A stretch of 64,000 nucleotides of DNA from an uncultured Anaerolinea sp. (GCA_964517905.1 CAZFDL010000001.1:294-64293); one strand, 5' to 3'. Shown: positions 50,060-59,925, counted from the stretch's first letter. Translations and numbers: made by a program. Notes: generated by a model from the sequence alone, not told the origin.

Positions 50060-50773
50060 TTATCCCTCCGCCGCCTCGACAAACCTCCGGAATAAATTTC
50101 TCGTCGGTTCCTGATCGGTCAGCCATTCGGGGTGCCATTGTACGGCGAGACCAAAAGGATGGTCGGGTAATTCCACCGCTTCCACCAATCCATCCGGTGC
50201 AAGACCTGCCACTCGCAGCGCAGGCGCGATATCTTTTAGCCCCTGATGGTGATGGCTGTTGACTCGCAGGATTGGCTCGCCCAGCACATCTGCGAAATGC
50301 GTGCCTTCCTCGATCTTCACCTGATGAACTAACACATGCCGCATATTGCCGGGATAGGAATGATCGAGCGCATTGGGTAGTTGATCTGGGAGATGCGTAT
50401 ACAACGTCCCACCGAGCGCGACATTAACCAACTGACATCCACGACAGATGCCGAGGAAGGGCTTGCCGTCGGACACAACAGCGCGGGCGAGTTTCAACTC
50501 GATTGCGTCGCGCTCCGGCTCCACGTCTGCGATGCGGGGATGCGCGTCACCGGTGAAATGGTCGGGGGCGATATCACCGCCGCCTGAGAGAAGAATCCCA
50601 TCGAGGCGGGCATACAGCGCATCCCATCCATCCTCCGCGACCAGCGAGGGAATCAGCACAGGCACACCGCCAGCTTGCATGACAGCACTCGCATACGCCT
50701 GTTGGAGCACGATGCGCGTCTGACCGAATTCGTTATTGGAAAGATGGGTTGTAATGCCGATGATGGGTTTCAT
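50060..50773 (-). CDS. Gamma-glutamyl-gamma-aminobutyrate hydrolase family (peptidase C26, class I GATase)
   Basis: PIIGIT, SGGGD, GICRG, VNSHHHQ, QWHPE. Confidence 0.92.
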   Translation of the reverse strand: MKPIIGITTHLSNNEFGQTRIVLQQAYASAVMQAGGVPVLIPSLVAEDGWDALYARLDGILLSGGGDIAPDHFTGDAHPRIADVEPERDAIELKLARAVVSDGKPFLGICRGCQLVNVALGGTLYTHLPDQLPNALDHSYPGNMRHVLVHQVKIEEGTHFADVLGEPILRVNSHHHQGLKDIAPALRVAGLAPDGLVEAVELPDHPFGLAVQWHPEWLTDQEPTRNLFRRFVEAAEG

Positions 50774-50792
50774 GTCCCCTATTGTAAATCAA

Positions 50793-50827
50793 AAGACCTG
50801 ACAGGTTTCTGAAATCTGTCAGGTCTT
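50793..50827 (-). terminator. Hairpin after rplS (REP-like CCTGACAGG arms)
   Basis: AAGACCTGACAGGTTT / AAATCTGTCAGGTCTT, followed by Ts on the minus strand. Confidence 0.7.
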
Positions 50828-50832
50828 CTTAC

Positions 50833-51183
50833 CTAATTATCGAACTTCTGCTTGAGGCGGGCCGACTTGCCGGTGCGTCCGCGCATGAAGTACAACTGCG
50901 CGCGGCGGACCTTGTTATGACGTTCGACGACAACTTTGTCCAGGCGGGGCGAACGGAGCAGGAACGTCCGCTCGACACCGATACCATTGGAGGCAACGCG
51001 CCGGACCGTAATGGATTCCTGCGACCCGCCTTTGCGCAGGCGGATGACCGTGCCTTTGAATTCCTGAATGCGTTCGCGGTCGCCTTCCTTGATCTTAACG
51101 TGGACGTTGACCGTATCTCCCGCTTGCATTGCGGGGACTGAATCTTTGCGGGGTGCTTCGAGAGCTTTCAACACGTTGGACAT
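50833..51183 (-). CDS. rplS: 50S ribosomal protein L19
   Basis: GDTVNVHVKIKEG.RERIQ.F.G, GVERTF..SP, VRRAQLYFMR..GKSARLK. Confidence 0.97.
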   Translation of the reverse strand: MSNVLKALEAPRKDSVPAMQAGDTVNVHVKIKEGDRERIQEFKGTVIRLRKGGSQESITVRRVASNGIGVERTFLLRSPRLDKVVVERHNKVRRAQLYFMRGRTGKSARLKQKFDN

Positions 51184-51350
51184 TTCGACTTTCTTCCTTA
51201 CCAGAGGTTATATTCGGTTTTTGAGCGACGGCGGATTATAGCATGGCTTTTCGGGTTGGACAAGCCAGGTTTCCAGGACAAGAATCTGCCCGGAGATCAA
51301 TAAAACTCTGGGAAAAACCCCAAAATCTCTGTCGCTTCGTTGTTTTATCC

Positions 51351-52586
51351 TTACGAATATTTCCGTATCGCCAGCACCGCATTGTGCCCGCCAAAGCCAA
51401 ACGCGTTACTGATCGCCAGTGAGATGTTCCTCTCCCGTGCCTTGTTCGGAATATAGTCCAGGTCGCAATCGGGATCGGGCGTTTCATAATGAATCGTAGG
51501 CGGGAGGATTCCCTCACGCACAGCTTGCACGCAGAAGATCGCTTCCAGCGCACCGGTCGAGCCTAACATGTGCCCGGTCATAGACTTGGTGGAAGAGATA
51601 GGTATGTTATATGCCCTCTCGCCGAACGCTGCTTTCACGACCATCGTCTCCGACTTATCGTTGAGCGGGGTCCCGGTACCGTGAGCATTGATGTAGCCAA
51701 CTTCGTCCGTGTTCGCACCTGCCGACTGGAGAGCCATGCGTATGGCGGCGGCTCCACCCTCCCCTTTTTCATGCGGAGCCGTGATATGGTACGCGTCGGC
51801 GGTGGCGCCGTAGCCGGCAAGTTCGGCATATATCGTGGCGCCGCGCGCCTTTGCGTGCGATTCGGTCTCCAGCACAAGTACGGCCGCGCCTTCGCCCATC
51901 ACCAATCCATCCCTCTTCTTATCAAATGGCTGAGGCGTCATCGAATAATCGCCGTCGCGCCGGGACATTGCACCGATCCGGTCGAACGCGCCGACGCCGA
52001 CGGAACAGATGGTCGCCTCGGACGCACCAGCGAGCGCGGCATCGATCATACCGGTCTTCAACATCATGAACGCCACACCAATTCCGTCCGAACCCGAGGC
52101 ACACGCGGAAGCAACCGACATTGCAGGTCCCTTGATCTGATGGTCGATCGCCGTAAGCCCGGAAGCGCCGTTCGCCATCAACATCGGGATCAGGAACGGA
52201 CTGATGCGTCGTGGACCATCCGTTTGGTTGGTGATCACTGCGTCTTCGAGCGAAATAATTCCGCCAATTGCCGACGAGATCAAGACACCGATGCGCCCGG
52301 CGTTCGATTCGGTGATCGTCAGTCCTGAATCATGTAACGCCTCTTTCACCGCCGCAGCGCCGAGCAACTCGAAACGGTCGCGCCGTCGAGCCTCCTTGGC
52401 ATCCAAATAGTTCTCGGGCTTAAAGTTCTTGACTTCAGCCGCGAAGTGCACATTGTGCGCTGTCGAATCGAACAACGTGATCGGACCCACACCCGAGATT
52501 CCGTTGATCGCATTCTGCCAGGATTCTGGCACGGTCAGACCTAAAGGGTTGACCGTCCCCATCCCAGTGATGACCACTTTCTCCAT
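51351..52586 (-). CDS. fabF: Beta-ketoacyl-ACP synthase II
   Basis: VVITGMG, SACASG, PFDKKRDG, DAYHITAP, INAHGTGT, KSMTGH, AFGFGGHN; ATG at 52586 after GAGG. Confidence 0.95.
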   Translation of the reverse strand: MEKVVITGMGTVNPLGLTVPESWQNAINGISGVGPITLFDSTAHNVHFAAEVKNFKPENYLDAKEARRRDRFELLGAAAVKEALHDSGLTITESNAGRIGVLISSAIGGIISLEDAVITNQTDGPRRISPFLIPMLMANGASGLTAIDHQIKGPAMSVASACASGSDGIGVAFMMLKTGMIDAALAGASEATICSVGVGAFDRIGAMSRRDGDYSMTPQPFDKKRDGLVMGEGAAVLVLETESHAKARGATIYAELAGYGATADAYHITAPHEKGEGGAAAIRMALQSAGANTDEVGYINAHGTGTPLNDKSETMVVKAAFGERAYNIPISSTKSMTGHMLGSTGALEAIFCVQAVREGILPPTIHYETPDPDCDLDYIPNKARERNISLAISNAFGFGGHNAVLAIRKYS

Positions 52587-52630
52587 TAGACCTCGCAATT
52601 CCTACTGATATTTCTCATCGGACTTAACAC

Positions 52631-52735
52631 CGCGTTGGGTTCATCGTCACGACCGTATCACGCTTCACCCGCAGGGACGGCTGGACCGGAGTGGCTAAAC
52701 TTCCGCACGGCAACCCCGTTGACCTGGGCTACGCG
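52631..52735. other. Candidate structured RNA / multi-hairpin element
   Basis: Closing CGCGT/ACGCG and TGGGTTCA/TGACCTG stems enclosing four hairpins; no family recognised. Confidence 0.3.
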
Positions 52736-52749
52736 AATCGAATTGTCGG

Positions 52750-53217
52750 TCACTCGCCGGCCTTCGGGATGTACTCCCCTTCCACCCAGAATTCGCCGTC
52801 GGGACTCACTTCCTTTTTCCAGATCGGTACGATCTCTTTGAGCCGATCGATCCCGTACCGTGCGGCTTCAAAGACTCCCGTGTCGCGATGCGCCGCCGTA
52901 CAGGCAATGAGCACTGTGGGAGTTTTCGGGTAAAGTTTGCCGATGCGTTGAACGATGGCAATTCCCTCCACTGCGTCCCACCTGTCTCGGATCTCATCCG
53001 CAACCTGTTTCAACTTGGCTTCCGCCATTGGAATGTACGCTTCGTATTCGAGATAATCGGTTTGATGTTCTTCGCCGCGCCTGGTTTCACCGCGTACCAT
53101 GCCAGTAAATATCGCCGCCGCGCCGGTCGAAGCAAGTGTAATTCGCGCGAGCAACTCGTTGAGGTCGATCTCATTCTCGCTGATGGAGAAAACGGTCGGC
53201 AAGTTGGAGGGTTCCAT
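52750..53217 (-). CDS. moaE: Molybdopterin synthase catalytic subunit
   Basis: GAAAIFTGMVR, LEYEAY, AHR, IDRLKEIVPIWKKE. Confidence 0.95.
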   Translation of the reverse strand: MEPSNLPTVFSISENEIDLNELLARITLASTGAAAIFTGMVRGETRRGEEHQTDYLEYEAYIPMAEAKLKQVADEIRDRWDAVEGIAIVQRIGKLYPKTPTVLIACTAAHRDTGVFEAARYGIDRLKEIVPIWKKEVSPDGEFWVEGEYIPKAGE

Positions 53218-53225
53218 ACAGAGAA

Positions 53226-53474
53226 TTAACCGCCGGACACTGGGGGGAACATGCCAATTTCGGCATTGAGCGGAATGACCGCCTCGTCGAACGCGTACTC
53301 GCGATTGATGGTGATCAAGACGCTTTTCATAGAGTCCTTCGCGTTAGGGTATTCCGCTGAAAGCTTGGCTTTCAACCCCTGAATGGTAAGGTCGCTCGGC
53401 ACGGCGAGCTCAAGTGATTTGACTCCCATCCGTTCGCGGATGGTGGCAAAAAACAGCAGTTTGATTTGATTCAT
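53226..53474 (-). CDS. moaD: Molybdopterin synthase sulfur carrier
   Basis: KLLFFA..RE; C-terminal PPVSGG. Confidence 0.95.
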   Translation of the reverse strand: MNQIKLLFFATIRERMGVKSLELAVPSDLTIQGLKAKLSAEYPNAKDSMKSVLITINREYAFDEAVIPLNAEIGMFPPVSGG

Positions 53475-53479
53475 CGCAA

Positions 53480-53845
53480 CTAGATCCAGGCGTCGTTCGG
53501 CGCCGTCCTTTCACTGAAGACACCACCCGTGTTAACCGTGCCCGCCGGCTCAACCAGCATCACATGGCATTCGCTTTTCGCGACCGGTTTGTGCTCCAAA
53601 CCTTTTTGTACTACAAATATCTCGCCTTCCTTCAGAGTGATCTTTCCATCCCGCAAATGGATTTCAAGTTGCCCGCTCACCACGAGAAACACCTCATCCG
53701 TTTCGGGGTGGTCGTGCCAGACAAATTCTCCCTGCACCTTGACCAACTTGAAATGGTAATCGTTCATCTGCGCGATGATCCTGGGCGACCAGAGCTCGGA
53801 AAACAGGGTCAGTTTTTCCGCAAGATTGATGGCTTGATTATTCAT
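53480..53845 (-). CDS. Cupin domain protein
   Basis: [15 protein letters not shown] cupin metal motif. Confidence 0.88.
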   Translation of the reverse strand: MNNQAINLAEKLTLFSELWSPRIIAQMNDYHFKLVKVQGEFVWHDHPETDEVFLVVSGQLEIHLRDGKITLKEGEIFVVQKGLEHKPVAKSECHVMLVEPAGTVNTGGVFSERTAPNDAWI

Positions 53846-54317
53846 TCACCACATCCCCGCTCTTGCCGCCATGCTTTTCAAGCAGGCGGATATTTTGAAT
53901 TTTCATGGTTTTCTCGGCGGCTTTCGCCATATCATAGACGGTCAGCGCAGCCACGGATACGGCCGTTAGCGCTTCCATTTCTACGCCGGTTTTGCCGATC
54001 GTTTTCACGGTAGCGGTGATCACCACGCCCGGCAAAGAATTCTCTAGGGTGAGATCGACATCCACTTTCGAAAGCGGCAGGGGATGACACAGGGGAATCA
54101 AGTCAGAAGTCCGTTTTGAGGCGGTGATTCCCGCGATCTGTGCAATGGTGAGCACGTCGCCTTTTTGAATCTGTCCCGCGCGGATCAATTCGAGCGTCTC
54201 TTTCTTCATATGCACTTCGCCGCGCGCGATCGCGGTACGCTCGGTGTCGGGCTTGTGACTCACGTCCACCATCTTCGCCTTGCCGTGTTCATCGAGATGA
54301 CTTAGCTTGTTTGGCAT
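53838..54317 (-). CDS. moaC: Cyclic pyranopterin monophosphate synthase
   Basis: [32 protein letters not shown]. Confidence 0.96.
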   Translation of the reverse strand: MPNKLSHLDEHGKAKMVDVSHKPDTERTAIARGEVHMKKETLELIRAGQIQKGDVLTIAQIAGITASKRTSDLIPLCHPLPLSKVDVDLTLENSLPGVVITATVKTIGKTGVEMEALTAVSVAALTVYDMAKAAEKTMKIQNIRLLEKHGGKSGDVVNE

Positions 54318-54323
54318 GGAAAG

Positions 54324-54338
54324 ATTATAGTATATAAT
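54324..54338. promoter_or_regulatory. Back-to-back -10 boxes for probably leaderless moaC and scpA
   Basis: TATAAT on minus (54329-54324) 6 nt before the moaC ATG; TATAAT on plus (54333-54338) 8 nt before the scpA ATG. Confidence 0.65.
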
Positions 54339-54346
54339 TTCGACCC

Positions 54347-55117
54347 ATGGACAACCTGCTGGGACGACAGCTCAATTACTCCGTCCAAACGCCTGTGTAC
54401 GATGGGCCGCTCGATCTATTGCTCGACCTGATCGAACGCGCCGAGCTGGATATCACGGCGGTTTCGCTTGCAATGGTGACCGATCAATATCTTGCCTACC
54501 TCAACAGCCTCGAGGAGTTGAACGCAGACGAGATCTCCGCGTTTCTGGTGATCGCCGCGAAGTTATTGCAGATCAAGTCGGAAGCATTGTTGCCCCGACC
54601 TCCTGCACGCGAGCACGGCGAAGAAGACGCAGGTTCGTCACTGGTCGACCAGTTGAAGTTATACAAACGGTTCAAGGAGATCGGTGGCTGGCTGCACGAA
54701 CGACAGGACGCGAATTTACGGACACATCTGCGGATCGCTCCGCCGCCCAAGGTCGAGCCGAAACTTGACCTTTCGACGCTTACGCTGGAAAAACTGGTTC
54801 GGGCTGCAGAATCGGCTTTTGCGCGCGAAGCCGCGAAAGAACCGCTAGGCACGATCATCGCCGCGCCTCGTGTGACCATTCGCGAAAAGATCGACTTGAT
54901 CGCAAAGATCATGAAAGATGTGCAACGCTCTACATTCCGGGCGTTGGTCACCGATGGCGCTTCGCGGCTGGAGATCGTTGTCACTTTCCTGGCAATGCTC
55001 GAACTGATCAAACGCTATCGCATCGACGTGCATCAGGATGGGCTGTTCAGCGACATCGAGATCAACCGTAACGAAGACTGGAAAGACGATGAAGAATTAG
55101 AACTTGAATTTGAATAA
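54347..55117 (+). CDS. scpA: Segregation and condensation protein A
   Basis: [38 protein letters not shown]. Confidence 0.93.
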   Translation: MDNLLGRQLNYSVQTPVYDGPLDLLLDLIERAELDITAVSLAMVTDQYLAYLNSLEELNADEISAFLVIAAKLLQIKSEALLPRPPAREHGEEDAGSSLVDQLKLYKRFKEIGGWLHERQDANLRTHLRIAPPPKVEPKLDLSTLTLEKLVRAAESAFAREAAKEPLGTIIAAPRVTIREKIDLIAKIMKDVQRSTFRALVTDGASRLEIVVTFLAMLELIKRYRIDVHQDGLFSDIEINRNEDWKDDEELELEFE

Positions 55118-55140
55118 ACCAACGCTAGGCAGGTTACCGG

Positions 55141-55521
55141 TCAGCCGTCAGGGTGGCTGGTCGTTTTTTCTAGGCGCCTTTGAGCGATCCATAAACTGAT
55201 CCACGCCCCCGCGTTGTCGAAAACGATCACGTCCCACACGGACGGATTCCTCCCAGGCACATACGACTGGTGAATTTCATCCGTGATGGCGTACAGAAAC
55301 GCGATGAGCCAGGCAAGCCGCACGCGTTCGCTTCGGAATTCCAGCGCATACCAAACCCAGAATGAAAGCACGGCAAATTCGAAAACATGACCGGTCTTTT
55401 TGATTACTCTGTCAACCAAGCCGAAGTTCGGTAAATCGCTGGAGGGCTGGGAGGAAAACCAGAAGATGACCGCCATCGTCAGTAGAGCCGGCAGCCATTT
55501 GAAAAATTGAATTCGGTGCAT
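55141..55521 (-). CDS. VanZ family protein
   Basis: IFWFSSQP, KKTGH, YAITDEIHQSYVPGR..D. Confidence 0.88.
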   Translation of the reverse strand: MHRIQFFKWLPALLTMAVIFWFSSQPSSDLPNFGLVDRVIKKTGHVFEFAVLSFWVWYALEFRSERVRLAWLIAFLYAITDEIHQSYVPGRNPSVWDVIVFDNAGAWISLWIAQRRLEKTTSHPDG

Positions 55522-55597
55522 ACAAATTTAAGCGCCAGCGCTAAGACCGACGATGGTTAAAGTTGGTGGGGCGGTTGAATTGTCCCACCCATCAAAG

Positions 55598-56056
55598 TTA
55601 AGTATCCTGTAAACTGATCGCGACGGTGGAACTCCCATCACCCAAATCAACGCTTTGGATGACTACTGCCTTGCCGCTCGGGTCGCCATCGAACACAATG
55701 CTGAAAACGCCATCTTCGACCACAGTGAGCAGCGCCCGCTCGGTGTAGCCGCGCGAAACGTACTCATCGCGGTAGAATTTCAATACATCCTCCTGCGACA
55801 GCCTGGTGTAATACAGCACACTTCCATCACCGACATCGATCACATTATATGCATCCGCCGTGATCGGAAAGCCGGAAGCGGAGCTGTCGGCATTACCGCC
55901 GCCGCTTGAACTGTTGTCTTGCGGTGCGACGGGTGCGGGCGAATCGCCTCCATTAGGTGCGGCAGGCGAATCACCCCCTCCGCCAGAAAGCGCATTGCAC
56001 GCCAATGAAGCCAGCATCAACACAGCGAACGCAAAAAGCATTTGTTTCTGTTTCAT
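55598..56056 (-). CDS. Lipoprotein, hypothetical
   Basis: Lipobox SLAC; GGGDSPAAPNGGDSPAP repeat linker; AGGAG RBS. Confidence 0.75.
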   Translation of the reverse strand: MKQKQMLFAFAVLMLASLACNALSGGGGDSPAAPNGGDSPAPVAPQDNSSSGGGNADSSASGFPITADAYNVIDVGDGSVLYYTRLSQEDVLKFYRDEYVSRGYTERALLTVVEDGVFSIVFDGDPSGKAVVIQSVDLGDGSSTVAISLQDT

Positions 56057-56108
56057 GGTCTCTCCTTTTGAGACAATTCTATCATCCTGAACGGGTACAA
56101 TTCACAAC

Positions 56109-57830
56109 ATGATACAAATGGGTGAAGTCATTTTGCGCGACAGCGACACGTGGTTACACTTCACGAAACCCCAACGCGTGATCGTCACTCAGCACGTGCA
56201 GGATATTTTGCCCGCTTTGCGCGAGATCGAAGACGCCGTAAAATCAAACGGACTTTACGCCGCAGGATTCCTCAGTTACGAATCAGCGCCTGCATTCGAT
56301 CCTGCGCATATCACTCACAATGTCACCGGATTTCCAATCCTGTGGTTTGGACTCTACGCTCAGCCTCGCCTCATCTCGCTTCCCCTGCCTGATTCGCCCA
56401 AAGCGGCTTTGACCTGGTCCCCATCCATCAGCCGCGACATGTACAACCACGCCATTGAGCAGATCAAGAATCATATCGCTGAGGGACGCACGTATCAAGT
56501 CAACTATACGATGCGATTAATAAGCAGTTTCAAGACAGATCCCTGGAATTTCTTCCTCCACCTCACGCAAGGTCAAAACAAGCACGCCGCGTATATTGAC
56601 ACCGGTCGGTTCGTGATCTGTTCCACATCACCTGAACTCTTCTTCCAACTCGATGGCGGGGTGCTCAGGTGTCGCCCAATGAAAGGCACCGTCAAACGCG
56701 GGCGCACCACACGCGAAGATGCAGAGCAGGCTCAATGGTTGAAAGACTCGCAGAAGAATCGGGCTGAGAACGTGATGATCGTTGATATGATCCGCAACGA
56801 CTTGGGGCGCATTGCAGGGACAGGCAGTGTTCACGTCCCCGAATTATTCACAATTGAAAGATATCCCACACTCTGGCAAATGACATCCACGGTCGATGCT
56901 AAAACCGACGCGTCACTTACGAACATTTTTGGCGCTCTGTTTCCGTGTGCATCCATTACGGGCGCTCCGAAGGTAAGCACGATGCGGATCATCTCGGAGC
57001 TCGAAACGACACCGCGAAAAATTTACACGGGGAGCATCGGCTACATCGCGCCGAACCGAAAAGCGAAATTCAATGTCGCCATTCGAACAGTGCTGGTCGA
57101 TCGCGAGAGTCAAACCGCGGAATACGGCGTGGGCGGCGGCATTGTCTGGGATTCGACAAGCGCTGATGAATACGAAGAGGCGGTACTCAAAGCCCACGTA
57201 CTCACCGATTCGCCGAACCAATTTTCGCTGCTGGAAACCATGTTGTGGACGCCGGAGGAAGGATTCTTCCTGCGCGAAAAGCACATTGCGCGGTTGATGG
57301 ATACAGCGGATTATTTTGGATATTCGATTTCAAGAGAAAAGGTAGATGGTGTTCTGAAAGAACTCACGACTGGCTTCACTTCGCCACAACGCGTTCGGCT
57401 ATTGTTGGATAAAAATGGGAATATCGAAACCGAGCATAAATCATTTCAATCCTCAGACAAATCCCTGCACGTCCGACTAGCAGACAAGCCAATCAATTCG
57501 AAGGACGTTTTTCTCTTTCACAAAACGACGCATCGCGCTGTCTACGAAAACGCCAAAAAGGATTTCCCTGACTGCGACGATGTGTTGCTCTATAACGAAC
57601 ACAGCGAACTAACAGAATTTACCCTCGGGAATCTCATCGTTGAAATGGACAGCATACTATACACGCCCCCCATTTCCTGCGGTTTGCTGGCCGGGACCTT
57701 CCGCGCGCATCTCCTGGAAAAAGGTCAGTTGACAGAGAGAGTTATTCGAGTAGGTGAAATCGGGAAATGCGAGAAGATATTTTTTGTCAATTCTGTGAGG
57801 AAGTGGCAAAGAGTTGAATTAAAACTGTAG
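56109..57830 (+). CDS. pabB: Aminodeoxychorismate synthase component I fused to ADC lyase (aminotransferase class IV)
   Basis: YQVNYT, SPELFF, PMKGT, NRAENVMIVD..RNDL, FPCASITGAPK; C-terminal HKTTHR, GLLAGTFR, NSVR. Confidence 0.92.
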   Translation: MIQMGEVILRDSDTWLHFTKPQRVIVTQHVQDILPALREIEDAVKSNGLYAAGFLSYESAPAFDPAHITHNVTGFPILWFGLYAQPRLISLPLPDSPKAALTWSPSISRDMYNHAIEQIKNHIAEGRTYQVNYTMRLISSFKTDPWNFFLHLTQGQNKHAAYIDTGRFVICSTSPELFFQLDGGVLRCRPMKGTVKRGRTTREDAEQAQWLKDSQKNRAENVMIVDMIRNDLGRIAGTGSVHVPELFTIERYPTLWQMTSTVDAKTDASLTNIFGALFPCASITGAPKVSTMRIISELETTPRKIYTGSIGYIAPNRKAKFNVAIRTVLVDRESQTAEYGVGGGIVWDSTSADEYEEAVLKAHVLTDSPNQFSLLETMLWTPEEGFFLREKHIARLMDTADYFGYSISREKVDGVLKELTTGFTSPQRVRLLLDKNGNIETEHKSFQSSDKSLHVRLADKPINSKDVFLFHKTTHRAVYENAKKDFPDCDDVLLYNEHSELTEFTLGNLIVEMDSILYTPPISCGLLAGTFRAHLLEKGQLTERVIRVGEIGKCEKIFFVNSVRKWQRVELKL

Positions 57831-57855
57831 GGGCGACGCATACGTCGCCCCTACA
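57826..57855. repeat. GTAG-type REP palindrome / bidirectional terminator
   Basis: TGTAGGGGCGACG-CATA-CGTCGCCCCTACA between convergent genes. Confidence 0.75.
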
Positions 57856-57860
57856 AATAT

Positions 57861-59096
57861 TTATTCGCTCCGGCGCAAGAATTCCCGGATCGAGATCGAA
57901 GCTGCAGCGCCTTCGCCAACCGCCGAAGCGACCTGTTTGGTGCTTCCGTGCCGCGCATCCCCTGCCACAAAAATCCCCGACACATTGGTCTCGAACGGAA
58001 GCGGCTTGTGCGCGGACACATGATCATCATGTGTAAGGTCGTGCCCGGTCAACACAAATCCGTATGGATCCAACTCTGCATAATCCTTCAGGAAACCGGT
58101 GTTCGGGGTCTGACCGATAAAGATGAACGCCGCGGCGGGATGGATCTCCTCCCGCTTGTCGCTGTCTTGGTAGCGATATTTGATTGTCTTGAGCTTCGAA
58201 CCTTCTCCCTCGAAAGCGTCAACGATGACGTTGTACTTCACTTCCACACGTGAGGTTGGCTCCATCACCTTGTCCACGGCGAATTGACTCGCAGTGAGTT
58301 TGTCGCCGCGTACAAGCAGAGTCACTTTCTCGGTGAAGTTGGTGAGGTGCAATCCTTCTTCGACCGCCGAGTTTCCTCCGCCCACCACAACAATTTCCTT
58401 CGAGCCTTTGTAAAATGGACCGTCACAGGTTGCACAAAAATGGATCCCTGCTCCGATGAAGTCATCTTCTCCGGGCACTTCCAACCTGCGATACGTCGCA
58501 CCGGTGGCGATCAGGACGGCGAGCGAGTGATAATGCTTGCCATCCGAAGTGTAGATTTCGTGATATCCCTCCTCCATTTCGAGACGCTCCACATCCACCG
58601 CTTGCAAGATTTCTACACCAAAACGCCGCGCCTGTTGCGCCACACGATCAGAGAACTCCTGTCCGCTGATTCCTTCGGGAAAACCAGGGAAATTATCGAG
58701 TCCCACCGTGATGCCAGCCTGTCCGCCCAGCCCGGAGCGTTCGACGAGAAGCACTTCCGCGCCTTCGCGCGCCGCGTAGATGGCGGCTGTCAACCCCGCT
58801 GGCCCACCGCCGATGATGATCAAGTCATAATAAGTCTTCGAGGCTTCGGTCTTGAGCCCCAGTTTTTTCGCCAATTCCGCATTGGACGGCTCGATAAGGA
58901 AAGTGTCGTCCTCAAAAACGATCGTCGGGATGATGCGCTTGCCGTTGTTGCGCTTGAGCACGTATTGCTCAGCCGCCTTATCCTGCTCGATGTCGATCCA
59001 TTTATAAGGGATAAACTGCTCGCCAAGAAACTTCTTCGCCCGGCGGCAATCCGGGCACCAATACGCACCGTAGACAGTAACTTTTGATTCAACCAC
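57861..59096 (-). CDS. Glutaredoxin-like domain fused to thioredoxin reductase
   Basis: N-terminal WCPDC..IIPTI; GGGPAG, CATC, GGGNSA, AGD; GTG start after AGGAGG. Confidence 0.92.
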   Translation of the reverse strand: MVESKVTVYGAYWCPDCRRAKKFLGEQFIPYKWIDIEQDKAAEQYVLKRNNGKRIIPTIVFEDDTFLIEPSNAELAKKLGLKTEASKTYYDLIIIGGGPAGLTAAIYAAREGAEVLLVERSGLGGQAGITVGLDNFPGFPEGISGQEFSDRVAQQARRFGVEILQAVDVERLEMEEGYHEIYTSDGKHYHSLAVLIATGATYRRLEVPGEDDFIGAGIHFCATCDGPFYKGSKEIVVVGGGNSAVEEGLHLTNFTEKVTLLVRGDKLTASQFAVDKVMEPTSRVEVKYNVIVDAFEGEGSKLKTIKYRYQDSDKREEIHPAAAFIFIGQTPNTGFLKDYAELDPYGFVLTGHDLTHDDHVSAHKPLPFETNVSGIFVAGDARHGSTKQVASAVGEGAAASISIREFLRRSE

Positions 59097-59228
59097 GACA
59101 TCCTCCTTGATATTTTCAAGGACTTTGACGCAGCATTAGCCCAGCATCTTTCCCTCTGTGGTCAATCCATAATATTAAGGAAGTATGAACTACATCTCAA
59201 CCCTTCAAAGACCTTACGCTCTGCCAAA

Positions 59229-59262
59229 ACTCACCCTGTGGAGCGGCAACCACAGGGTGAGT
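59229..59262 (-). terminator. Terminator downstream of the ECF sigma gene
   Basis: ACTCACCCTGTGG / CCACAGGGTGAGT; T tract on the minus strand. Confidence 0.7.
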
Positions 59263-59289
59263 GGGGATAGAACACACGTGACCATCTGC

Positions 59290-59925
59290 TTATATCGCGC
59301 AACCTGCCTTGGCTATACTTAGACTTCTTTTCTCTTCCCCGCCCAGGGTCAATTTCGTTTGCAGTTGCAATCTTGCGCGCGCAAGCCGGCTCTTGATCGT
59401 CCCGAGTGGCACGTTCAAGATTCGCGCAGCTTCCGTGTAATCGAGTTCATAGAGGTCGATCAGGGTAATTACACTGCGGAACCCGTCAGGTAATTCGTCC
59501 AGGATCTCATAAAGGCGTTTGGAATTTTCCTTGGCCTCCACGGCGGACTCTACGGAAGCGGATGGGTCAGCCATCCATGGGGTTGATTCGACCTCCTCGC
59601 CATCTGCGTCTACGGAATAGAGAGGTTGGCTGGGATGACGATGAGAACGACGCAGGATGTCGTACGCCGAATTGGTGACGATACGTAAAAGCCAACCACG
59701 GAATGAACCGCCGCGAAAGTCGCGCATGCCCTGAAATGCCTTAATGAAACTCTCCTGCACGGCATCCGCCGCATAATCTCCATCGCGCAGAATCCCGCGG
59801 GCGTGATTGTAGGCAATATTCTGATAACTCAGCACAAGTTGGTTGAAGGCTTCCAACTCGCCTTGCGCTGCGCTCTTAATCAACACCGCTTCGTCTGTGG
59901 GGTTAGGTTGGTTTCTGGCTTCCAT
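59290..59925 (-). CDS. ECF RNA polymerase sigma factor
   Basis: DAVQESFIKAF, FRGWLLRIVTN (region 2); DYTEAARILNVPLGTIKSRLARAR (region 4); AGGAG RBS. Confidence 0.93.
   Translation of the reverse strand: MEARNQPNPTDEAVLIKSAAQGELEAFNQLVLSYQNIAYNHARGILRDGDYAADAVQESFIKAFQGMRDFRGGSFRGWLLRIVTNSAYDILRRSHRHPSQPLYSVDADGEEVESTPWMADPSASVESAVEAKENSKRLYEILDELPDGFRSVITLIDLYELDYTEAARILNVPLGTIKSRLARARLQLQTKLTLGGEEKRSLSIAKAGCAI

Noticed and set aside
52631..52735. Moco riboswitch or tRNA-Sec call
   Set aside because: It lies downstream, not upstream, of the moa genes, and lacks recognisable consensus, TTCG T-loop and UCA anticodon arm
54347..55117. scpA without adjacent scpB, and rplS without trmD/rimM
   Set aside because: Unlinked partners are common; nothing further can be inferred from one window
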